From NCBI RefSeq assembly GCF_044239005.1, contig NZ_JBIICH010000001.1:1-51051 (forward strand): a DNA stretch of 51,051 nt, written 5' to 3'. Every line of letters begins with the position of its first letter. Position 1 is the first letter of the stretch. The notes below the pieces were generated by a model. That model saw nothing but the letters and a program-made list of their open reading frames with translations. It did not search any database and was not told where the DNA came from. Positions 29,322-37,458 of this stretch are shown piece by piece. The position numbers and the translations under genes are program-made. Source of the stretch: Sphingorhabdus sp. GTDB lineage: Bacteria; Pseudomonadota; Alphaproteobacteria; Sphingomonadales; Sphingomonadaceae.

Positions 29322-30563
29322 TCACGTAAATGCGACCCGCGTCACTTGGTCCATTGAGCAACAATAGAAATCTTGATTCCAACCGGGTGACGGAAACACC
29401 ACGCCTTGCATGAACCCACCTGTTTCAACGCGCGCAACGGTCGCTCCGCTGGTGATATCGAGCAGGACGATCGCTTCGCGGCGCTGATAATCATTGGTAC
29501 AAATTAGACCGCTTTCGGGAAAATGCAGCATATGGCTGGCGCAGCCCAAACCATCTTTCCTCCATAATGGCACGAGCGCGCGCTTCTCTTCCTCGAAGCG
29601 GAAGCCGCAGATGACGCGATTGGCGCTGTCATATGCGATGACGATCTGCCTTGCTTCGTCCCAGAGCGGCGGGTTGGTGATGCTGCCGCCCGGCAAACCG
29701 CTGACGTCGATACACTGCCAGTCTTCAGCGTCTGCAAGTGCAACGCGAATGAGCCGATTGGGTGCCTGCGCAACGCCGCGCCCGACCATGCTTGTGCGGT
29801 AACGATGCTGGCCGTTGTCCATCAGCCAGAGGTGACGGTCTCCGATCACGGCATCCCAGCCATGGCTACGCTGGCTGTTGCCGATATAGGGGCAGGCCCA
29901 GCTATCGTCACGCCGCAGGGCAGTGCCATCCCAATGATAGCGGGTTAATGTACGCACACCCACGACATAGACGGTATTTCCAACGGCGCTGAGCCGCGCC
30001 ACCGATGGCTCTGTGCAATCAAGCGGCGGGCAGACCATGGTTAAATCTTCTGGATCAATCACGCAAAGTTGCGCTGTGGAACGATCGGAGAGATTCTTCG
30101 TGACGATCAACCCCGAATCTAGGATCACGAAACTGTTATAGGGCTGATCGACCGGCAATCTGGCTGCTGCGCGGACAGTTAGATCTGCGCGGGCTAGGCG
30201 ATGGATGTAGCGCCCGTAGACGGTGTAAAGGTCGCCATTGCGGTGAATGGCCATCCCGCCCGGCCACATCGGGCCGCCGTCGAGGCGGGGGCTGCGTGCG
30301 ATAGGGCGCAGCGTCAACGGATCGATACGCTCGACCTGCGCGGTGGTAGGCAATCCGATCTGCGATCGCAGCGCCTGATGGGCCAGCAGAAAAATCTCGC
30401 CCGGATCGCCTAGCACGGTCATCGTCGTCATCAACCGGCGCCGCGAGGTCGCCGTGAGCCGCAGACTATTAGGCTCTGCCAGGGCCAGGGGATCGGGCGT
30501 TGACTGTAACCGCCGAGGGCCACCGTCCTCGCAGGGCCAGGGACTGGGCCAATAGCCCTTCAA
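29322..30563 (-). CDS. Uncharacterised protein (~413 aa), possibly a beta-propeller
   Basis: Probable TTG start at 30563 overlapping the sulfatase stop (TTGA). Many short beta-strand-like segments ending in D/G turns; no signal peptide. Confidence 0.7.
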   Translation of the reverse strand: MKGYWPSPWPCEDGGPRRLQSTPDPLALAEPNSLRLTATSRRRLMTTMTVLGDPGEIFLLAHQALRSQIGLPTTAQVERIDPLTLRPIARSPRLDGGPMWPGGMAIHRNGDLYTVYGRYIHRLARADLTVRAAARLPVDQPYNSFVILDSGLIVTKNLSDRSTAQLCVIDPEDLTMVCPPLDCTEPSVARLSAVGNTVYVVGVRTLTRYHWDGTALRRDDSWACPYIGNSQRSHGWDAVIGDRHLWLMDNGQHRYRTSMVGRGVAQAPNRLIRVALADAEDWQCIDVSGLPGGSITNPPLWDEARQIVIAYDSANRVICGFRFEEEKRALVPLWRKDGLGCASHMLHFPESGLICTNDYQRREAIVLLDITSGATVARVETGGFMQGVVFPSPGWNQDFYCCSMDQVTRVAFT

Positions 30564-32350
30564 CTTGTAGCGCGCCGTCTGCGCCACCAGATAACGGCCG
30601 CTGTTGCTATCAATAATAGCCCGCCCACCGGCCATAACGCGATAAGCCGCGGTATCAGCAACGTGCGCACGGCGTTTGTGAAAATCTGTTTGGGCGCGGT
30701 GTAACCGTCCGGCATAGGCAGCACGTTGTTTGCCTTGGCAAAGGCGGCATAATCGGATTGCATATCCGCAAAACGTTGCGGGTCTGAACCGGACAGATCG
30801 TTGGTCTCACCGGGGTCGGTGGTAATGTTGTACAGCCGCCAGCGGCCATCGCCATAAGGCGGCAGGTTTTTGACGAGCTTATAATCGCCTTTGAAAAGCA
30901 CCGCATTGCCCGACAATTCATAGCCCAATGGCTTGTCCGCCGAATGGACGGACGATGCAGCCCCTGTGAGCATCGGTGTCAGGTCCATCCCAATCATGGG
31001 CTCGACGCGGCGTCCCGAAAAACTGCCTTGCTGCGGCGCGACACCTGCGAGCTTTAGCAAAGTCAGCGGCATATCGGTGACATGCGCAAAACCTGATGTA
31101 ATGCGGCCACCCTTAATCGCCGGGTTGCCCGGCCAGGCTATGATCATCGGGACACGCAAGCCACCTTCGTTCGCGGTAAACTTGTAACCACGCAGCGGCG
31201 ATGCCGATGCGCTGGCAAATCCCGCACCTTGTGCGGTCAGCGAACCCGGGCGTCCCTGTTGGGCGATGCTTTGATCATAAAGAAGATTGGCGTTCCAGCG
31301 CGTAAATGCGCCCATGTGCATGGGATCAGTCGCTTCCGCGCCATTGTCCGACAGAAACACGAAGATGGTGTTTTCATATTCACCGATGGCCTTCAAATGC
31401 GTAATCAACCGGCCGATTTCACGGTCCATCGCCGTGCCCATGGCAGCATAAGCGGCCATCGCACCCGCACGTTGCCGCTTTTGCTCTGCTGACAATTTCG
31501 ACCAGTCACCACTGGTACCCATGGTCACCATCGCAACGTCCGCAGGCATCACGCCTTTCGCAATCGCTGCGGCGCGGCGCTCTTTGCGTAGCGCGGTCCA
31601 ACCAGCATTATAGCGCCCGGCATAAGCCGCAATGTCCGCATCGCGTGCCTGCACCGGGATATGGTTCGCGATGAAATTGACGGACGCCAGAAACGGTTTT
31701 CCGCTCGCCCTGCCGCGATAGATATAGCCGATCATCTTGTCGACAATCAGCGTTGAGGAGTAAAAGCGCTTCGGCAGTTTGGCCGGCTTTCCATCATCAC
31801 TCCACTTGGTCTTGTCATAAATCAGCAGATTGGGCTTATCTTCAAAATTGTCGGCGCCCGATTGCGCCAGCGCGAGCGCGTGGTCATAGCCGCGTGCCGT
31901 CGGCAAGGTATCGGGCGTGTGGCCCAGATGCCATTTGCCGGTCAGATAGGTGCGATAGCCACCCGCGCGCAGCTGGTCTGCAATCGTCACGACGCGGTTG
32001 TTCAGATGCGACTCATAACCCGGTTTGCCGAGATGTTCCGGTGGAATTGTCTCCGGCATATTGCCCAGCCCCGCGCGGTGATTGATCACGCCGGTTTGCA
32101 GCATCGCGCGCGTTGGCGAGCACGACCCTGCCACATGGAAGTTCGAAAAACGCACACCCTTGGCGGCAAGCGCGTCGATATTGGGCGTCGCAATCTCCCC
32201 GCCGAAGGCCCCGACATCGCTAAAGCCCCAATCATCGGCCAATAGGATGACGATATTGGGGGCTTTTGCGGGCGCGGACTGTGCGCCAAGCGTGGCTGGG
32301 CTGAGCAACGCCAGCGCCGTCAATAGGTTTGCCGGTCCTTTCAGCTTCAT
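30560..32350 (-). CDS. Cys-type arylsulfatase (AtsA-like) with signal peptide and C-terminal TM anchor
   Basis: PNIVILLADDWG, CSPTRAMLQTG, GKWHLG, FLSDNG and EGGLRVP; C-terminal hydrophobic helix followed by WWRRRR. Confidence 0.93.
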   Translation of the reverse strand: MKLKGPANLLTALALLSPATLGAQSAPAKAPNIVILLADDWGFSDVGAFGGEIATPNIDALAAKGVRFSNFHVAGSCSPTRAMLQTGVINHRAGLGNMPETIPPEHLGKPGYESHLNNRVVTIADQLRAGGYRTYLTGKWHLGHTPDTLPTARGYDHALALAQSGADNFEDKPNLLIYDKTKWSDDGKPAKLPKRFYSSTLIVDKMIGYIYRGRASGKPFLASVNFIANHIPVQARDADIAAYAGRYNAGWTALRKERRAAAIAKGVMPADVAMVTMGTSGDWSKLSAEQKRQRAGAMAAYAAMGTAMDREIGRLITHLKAIGEYENTIFVFLSDNGAEATDPMHMGAFTRWNANLLYDQSIAQQGRPGSLTAQGAGFASASASPLRGYKFTANEGGLRVPMIIAWPGNPAIKGGRITSGFAHVTDMPLTLLKLAGVAPQQGSFSGRRVEPMIGMDLTPMLTGAASSVHSADKPLGYELSGNAVLFKGDYKLVKNLPPYGDGRWRLYNITTDPGETNDLSGSDPQRFADMQSDYAAFAKANNVLPMPDGYTAPKQIFTNAVRTLLIPRLIALWPVGGLLLIATAAVIWWRRRRATS

Positions 32351-33342
32351 TGGTTCCGCAAAGCCTCAAGGCAGCCCGTCTGCGCGAGCAGCGGGTCAAT
32401 GCGCCCCCGCGCATTAGCATCCAACGCGGCATAGCGCGCGCGCAAATCGGCGAGGCACTTCACCTGATATTTGAAAACACCTTGCGTATAGGGCAGGCCC
32501 ATCGCGGTGATGTGGAAGCTATCTTCGCCAGCCTCAATCGCCGCTGCGTTGGCGAGCAGGAAGGGCATGTAGATTTCGCCCACCTGTTGCAACCAAGCGG
32601 TGATAATAGGCGCAAAGGGCGCATCTGCCTTATCCCATTCGCCCGTTATTCCCGACATATCATCAATATGCAGCAGCCAGCGGAAGCTGTAGGGAAAATC
32701 TTTGCGCATCATCGCCTGCGCCGTGGGGTCAACGCCCAGCTGTGACAATTGGCCGTACATCCCGAACTCCGCCATGCTGGGCCGCGAACCGAACAAGCAA
32801 TGTTGGTCCACCACATGCGCCTCCAGCGCACCCAAAATCGCGCGGGTTGACGCCTCGATCAGCGGGAAGTTTTCGGCGGCGCAGCCGACAATCGCCATGC
32901 GGCCGACCTGGCGGGCGCGGAACTGTTCGGCATAGCCCTGACTGGTCGCCAGCCCTCCGCCCTTCATCGCGTCAAACGCGAGCCAGCGGCTCATCTGGAT
33001 CTGGTCGACCTCCTCCAGCCAGCGATAGCCGAACATCGCCTTTGTCACCCACTCATCGGCGAAATCCTCAATCAAATGCGCGATAAAGGCGCGTGCCGGA
33101 TCAGCCGGGATGACCGAGCGTTCGGAATGCCGCGCCTCCAGATCATAGATGAGCGGCGTCGAGTCATTGTGAAATGTCCCATCGGGATATTCCATCACGG
33201 GGATGACGGGGGCCTTCACCTTGCTCAACGCATCGCGCGAATCTGCACCATGCACCCACAAATGCGGGATGCGGCGATAGCGCATAAGCGCGCGCATCTT
33301 CATCGAATAGGGCGATCCGAGTGCGCCGTTGATCGTATACAT
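32347..33342 (-). CDS. Glutathione S-transferase family protein (long form)
   Basis: SPYSMKMRA, IPV and NDST in the N-terminal thioredoxin-like domain; FGSRPSMAEF N-capping region. Start at 33342 (GGAAGG RBS); alternative start 33363. Confidence 0.82.
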   Translation of the reverse strand: MYTINGALGSPYSMKMRALMRYRRIPHLWVHGADSRDALSKVKAPVIPVMEYPDGTFHNDSTPLIYDLEARHSERSVIPADPARAFIAHLIEDFADEWVTKAMFGYRWLEEVDQIQMSRWLAFDAMKGGGLATSQGYAEQFRARQVGRMAIVGCAAENFPLIEASTRAILGALEAHVVDQHCLFGSRPSMAEFGMYGQLSQLGVDPTAQAMMRKDFPYSFRWLLHIDDMSGITGEWDKADAPFAPIITAWLQQVGEIYMPFLLANAAAIEAGEDSFHITAMGLPYTQGVFKYQVKCLADLRARYAALDANARGRIDPLLAQTGCLEALRNQ

Positions 33343-33387
33343 GGCCGTAGTTCCTTCCGTCATCGTCCGGCATGGTGTGTAATGGGC

Positions 33388-33414
33388 TATATTGACATTA
33401 TCAATGTCAATATA
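33388..33414. promoter_or_regulatory. Operator copy 3, a perfect palindrome overlapping TTGACA, upstream of the GST-sulfatase operon
   Basis: TATATTGACATT-ATC-AATGTCAATATA, with perfect 12-bp arms. Confidence 0.8.
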
Positions 33415-33544
33415 TGGGCGGGGACGCTGAAAGCATGTGGATAAATGATCCGATTGTTCCGCCGCTGCCTGAGCTGTTCAGCGCATTCAAAGGCGAGCGA
33501 TAAGTTTGCCATTGGCGCCGTTGCAAGACGCGCGCGGCCAAAAA

Positions 33545-34276
33545 TCAAGGTGCAACAATGCGATGTTGGGCCAGATGTTCATAGTCGGCCATGCAGGCAT
33601 CTGCGACGTAGCGGGCTTCATCGTCGAGGTTGAGCGGGCGTATATCTGGCTTTTGGAAGCCGGTGCTGGCCGCGACCGCGTCATACCAATGGCTTGCCCA
33701 AATGCCGTCATCTGGGTGGATACCAGCGGGCCATGACAACATGGCGGGATCCCATGTGATGTTGAGCGCATCACATAGCAAAGCTAGCGTCTTTGCAGGG
33801 TTTTTAAGAATGTCCGCGCTGTCGACGACGGGTGGGGCATGGCCGGTCCGGTCGGCGATACGATCAAAGAACGCACGCTGGGTTGCGTAACCAAGGTCTT
33901 CGACGTTCACGCTCTCTCGCTTAACGCGGTAGCTGGCGACCATATAGGCAGGTTCGCGAACCAGAAAGGCGTGGCGGCAGTTGGTCAAATCATCGGGTTG
34001 GATTGGGCCGACCATATGGTGGGTCATTTGCTTTTGATACCATAAGGGCGCACCTCCCGGTGCCGGACCGGAAAGGTGGGCTGCTACGCTGGACCAGTCG
34101 CAATCCATATCGGCGATGACTTCTGCTGCCATGGGGTGCGGCTCGCCGCTATGTGCAAGGAAACAGCCGTAGAAGGGTTCGTCACTGACGGCGCAATCCG
34201 CGCGCGACGAAAAGCTGCGCATCATAGCCGTCGAGATGTTTCGTGGTCCCGACCACATGCATATCCGCTGCGTCAA
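33545..34276 (-). CDS. Sulfotransferase-like P-loop protein (aminotransferase-IV-associated type)
   Basis: MWSGPRNISTAMMRSF, DEPFY, YQKQMTHH and GIWASHWY; TTG start overlapping the upstream stop. Confidence 0.8.
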   Translation of the reverse strand: MTQRICMWSGPRNISTAMMRSFSSRADCAVSDEPFYGCFLAHSGEPHPMAAEVIADMDCDWSSVAAHLSGPAPGGAPLWYQKQMTHHMVGPIQPDDLTNCRHAFLVREPAYMVASYRVKRESVNVEDLGYATQRAFFDRIADRTGHAPPVVDSADILKNPAKTLALLCDALNITWDPAMLSWPAGIHPDDGIWASHWYDAVAASTGFQKPDIRPLNLDDEARYVADACMADYEHLAQHRIVAP

Positions 34277-35193
34277 GGCCGACTCTGGCCCGCAATATCG
34301 CGCTCGATGAAGGCGCGGTAGAGATTTTGTAGGCGCTCGACGACTGGCCCCTTTCCATCGGTCAAGACACGGCCATCGATGGTATGCGCAGGAACAACCC
34401 CGGCAAAGGTTCCGGTAACAAAAGCTTCATCGGCACCATAGACATCGGTCATGGAGAAGTTGCGTTCGAACACAGGAATATCATTCTCCCGGCACATGCG
34501 GATGACGTTGGCGCGCGTGATGCCGGCGAGGCAATAATCACCGGTGGAGGTCCACACCTCTCCCTTGCGGACGATGAAGAAATGCGTGGAATTGCATGTG
34601 GCGACAAAGCCATGCGGGTCGAGCATCAAAGCTTCATCTGCGCCCGCTTGCGCCGCCTGAATGCAAGCGGTGATGCAATTGAGTTTGCTATGCGAATTGA
34701 GCTTGGGATCCTGCACCGCCGGATCACCGCGACGGACGTGGACGGTAAACAATGACAGGCCGCGATCAACCGTTGCGGGAAGCGGGTCTTTATATTCGGC
34801 AATAATGACAATGGTCGCGGGTGAGACGACCACACGTGGATCTTGATACGGCGTTGAACGGATGCCACGCGTGACCATCAGCCGGATATGGCATTTGTCC
34901 ATCTGGTTCGCGTCTATGGTGGCATAGAGGCGTTCCTTCATTTCCGCGCGGGAAATGCCGATGTCCATGGCAATTGCCTTTGCGCCTTCCCACAAACGGT
35001 CAAGATGCTGGTCCAAAAAGGCCATGCGTCCGGCGTGAACGCGGATACCCTCCCAAACCCCGTCGCCCAGCATGAAGCCGCTGTCAAAGACAGAGACCAT
35101 AGCCTGCGCACGCGGCGTAAGCTGACCATTAACGTTGATGAGGATCGCGTCATTGCGCGAATCAGAGACGAAATCATGCGTTCCAAGTGCCAT
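34273..35193 (-). CDS. PLP-dependent aminotransferase class IV (BCAT/DAAT-like)
   Basis: VSVFDSGFMLGDGVWEG, HLDRL, LNSHSKLN, DEALMLD, LAGITR and ADEAFVTGT. Confidence 0.9.
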   Translation of the reverse strand: MALGTHDFVSDSRNDAILINVNGQLTPRAQAMVSVFDSGFMLGDGVWEGIRVHAGRMAFLDQHLDRLWEGAKAIAMDIGISRAEMKERLYATIDANQMDKCHIRLMVTRGIRSTPYQDPRVVVSPATIVIIAEYKDPLPATVDRGLSLFTVHVRRGDPAVQDPKLNSHSKLNCITACIQAAQAGADEALMLDPHGFVATCNSTHFFIVRKGEVWTSTGDYCLAGITRANVIRMCRENDIPVFERNFSMTDVYGADEAFVTGTFAGVVPAHTIDGRVLTDGKGPVVERLQNLYRAFIERDIAGQSRP

Positions 35194-35342
35194 GTTGTTG
35201 ACCGTAACGTTGGCCGGGCGGGCGCGTCAAATAGGAACGCGCAACGTCCATCTCGTAAAGCTTCGGAGAGAACCGCTGCGTCATCGCGTGTCTGACATTT
35301 GGTGGAAACGAAACCAAGCGACATCTTGATGACGCGTGCGGT

Positions 35343-35416
35343 TGGTTCCCCGGTAAGGATTCGAACCTCAATAGACGGAGTCAGAGTCCGTAGTCTTACC
35401 GTTAGACGACCGGGGA
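35343..35416 (-). tRNA. tRNA-Gln (anticodon CTG)
   Basis: Minus strand folds into a cloverleaf: acceptor TCCCCGG/CCGGGGA, anticodon arm ACGGA-CTCTGAC-TCCGT, T-loop GGTTCGAATCC and an encoded CCA. Confidence 0.96.
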
Positions 35417-35584
35417 ATAGAAGGCGGGCCTATATGCTGGTGCCCGTGCACGGTCAAGCTGCTGAATTTGGCCGGTTGCGACGATATTCAAAAATGTTGA
35501 ATTTTTCACGTGCAGCGCGTATCAAGGCGTCAGGTACCGGCAGCACATCTGCCCGGATAGAAAATAAGAAGTGAGTTTACGGCT

Positions 35585-36769
35585 ATGGGCGAGAATGTCG
35601 CGCCATCGCCGCAACAGGGACGCGGGCGTAAACGTAAAAAGCCGCCCCGTCGCAAGAATGCGGCACCCAAGGCTGCAAAACTGCAGCAGGCTTCGGCTGA
35701 GGGCGCAGCGCGTGCACACATATCTAAAGCGCCTCCTAAACCTTCCAAGGACTTTGTTCCTGCAGATAACGCAGCTTTGCGGCGTAACTGGCTTGATCGG
35801 ACAGCATATGCCGCGCTCGACCTTGGAACGAACAACTGCCGATTGCTGATCGCGCGGGCTGGCGGAGAGGATTTCACCGTCGTCGATGCATTTTCGCGGG
35901 TTGTAAGGCTAGGCGAGGGGCTGACCGCGACAGGCCGGATGAGCGATGAGGCCATGGACCGCGCGGTTGAGGCACTTTCGGTATGCGCCGAGAAGTTGAG
36001 AAAGCGTAATGTCGTTCTGGCAAGGTCCGTCGCCACTGAGGCATGCCGTCAGGCCGTCAACGGCGCGCAGTTCATTGAACGTGTGAAGCGCGAGACCGGT
36101 ATTCATCTCGACATCATCAGCCCACAGGAAGAGGCGCGCCTTGCCGTCATGGGTTGCCATGCCTTGCTTGAGCAGGGAACGGGACCTGCGCTGATATTCG
36201 ACATTGGCGGCGGATCAACCGAGCTTGTGCTGGTGTCAACCAGTGGCAGTGTTCCCGAGATATTAGACTGGGTGAGCGTTCCATGGGGCGTGGTTTCGTT
36301 GACCGAAAGTGAACGGGCCGAGGCAGAGACGCCTGAGCGGTTGAACGCCATTTACGCAGCGATGCGCGCAAAGGTGATGGCAAGCTTTGCCGCGTTCGCC
36401 GCACGTTTGCCGGAGGATGGCGGGGACCGCAGGCTTTTGGGGACTTCGGGAACGGTCACCACGCTTGCCAGCGTCTATTTGAAACTGAACAGTTATGACC
36501 GCCGCGCTGTGGATGGGTTGTATTTGCCGACCGCCGCGATGCGCGAAATTAGCCGCGAGCTTGCCGGCCGCACTATAGAGGGGCGCGCTGAATTTCCGAC
36601 CATTGGGCATGAGCGTGCCGACTTGGTCGTTGCCGGTTGCGCCATCCTTGAGGCTATTTTTGATATATGGCCCGGTGAGCGGCTGGGCGTTGCGGATCGC
36701 GGCATTCGCGAGGGCATTTTGCGTGCGCTGATGGCGAGCGATGCAAAACGCAGAAATCGGCGGAACTGA
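35585..36769 (+). CDS. Ppx/GppA family phosphatase
   Basis: ALDLGTNNCRL, VRLGEG, ATEACR, EEARL, DIGGGSTE and GIREG; basic N-terminal extension. Confidence 0.92.
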   Translation: MGENVAPSPQQGRGRKRKKPPRRKNAAPKAAKLQQASAEGAARAHISKAPPKPSKDFVPADNAALRRNWLDRTAYAALDLGTNNCRLLIARAGGEDFTVVDAFSRVVRLGEGLTATGRMSDEAMDRAVEALSVCAEKLRKRNVVLARSVATEACRQAVNGAQFIERVKRETGIHLDIISPQEEARLAVMGCHALLEQGTGPALIFDIGGGSTELVLVSTSGSVPEILDWVSVPWGVVSLTESERAEAETPERLNAIYAAMRAKVMASFAAFAARLPEDGGDRRLLGTSGTVTTLASVYLKLNSYDRRAVDGLYLPTAAMREISRELAGRTIEGRAEFPTIGHERADLVVAGCAILEAIFDIWPGERLGVADRGIREGILRALMASDAKRRNRRN

Positions 36770-36771
36770 AA

Positions 36772-37458
36772 ATGGCAGACAATTTATTCGGTGGTAAGAA
36801 CTCCGGCCGGACACTGGCCGGTAAACAGAAGGTCAAGACGGCCAAGCGGCGCACCGCTGGATCAACCCGTTGGCTTGAGCGGCAGTTGAACGACCCATAT
36901 GTGAAACGCGCGCAGGGCGAGGGCTATCGCAGCCGCGCGGCGTATAAGCTGGTCGAGTTGGACGAGAAGTTTCACATCTTGCGCGGCAAGAAAGCCGTGG
37001 TGGATTTGGGCGTCGCGCCGGGCGGCTGGGCACAAGTGGTGCGCAGGCAACAGCCAAAGGCAGCCATCGTGGGTATCGATCTGTTGCCGGTCGACCCGCT
37101 GGAAGGTGTTGTGTTGCTGCAAATGGATTTCATGCACGACAGCGCGCCGGATAGGCTGATTGCCGAACTCGGCTGCGCACCGGACCTCATCTTGTCAGAT
37201 ATGGCGGCCAACACCGTTGGCCACAAACAGACCGACCATTTACGCACAATGGGTCTGGTCGAAGCGGCCGTCGATTTTGCTATTCAGGTTTTGCAACCCG
37301 GCGGCGATTTTGTCGCGAAAGTGTTTGCTGGGGGAACCGACCCGGTGATGCTGAGCATATTGAAAAACAACTTCACCACGGTCAAACACGCCAAGCCTCC
37401 GGCAAGCCGCAAAGGATCGGTGGAATGGTATGTGATCGCGCAGGGAAAGAAAGCTTAA
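36772..37458 (+). CDS. rlmE: 23S rRNA Um2552 methyltransferase RlmE/FtsJ
   Basis: WLERQLNDPYV, YRSRAAYKL, DLGVAPGGW, SDMA and KPPASR. Confidence 0.95.
   Translation: MADNLFGGKNSGRTLAGKQKVKTAKRRTAGSTRWLERQLNDPYVKRAQGEGYRSRAAYKLVELDEKFHILRGKKAVVDLGVAPGGWAQVVRRQQPKAAIVGIDLLPVDPLEGVVLLQMDFMHDSAPDRLIAELGCAPDLILSDMAANTVGHKQTDHLRTMGLVEAAVDFAIQVLQPGGDFVAKVFAGGTDPVMLSILKNNFTTVKHAKPPASRKGSVEWYVIAQGKKA

Noticed and set aside
35343-35416. tRNA-Gln as the integration site for the accessory region
   Set aside because: Its 3' end faces the accessory DNA, but I found no duplicated tRNA 3' end, integrase or transposase in the window, so island mobility is unsupported.
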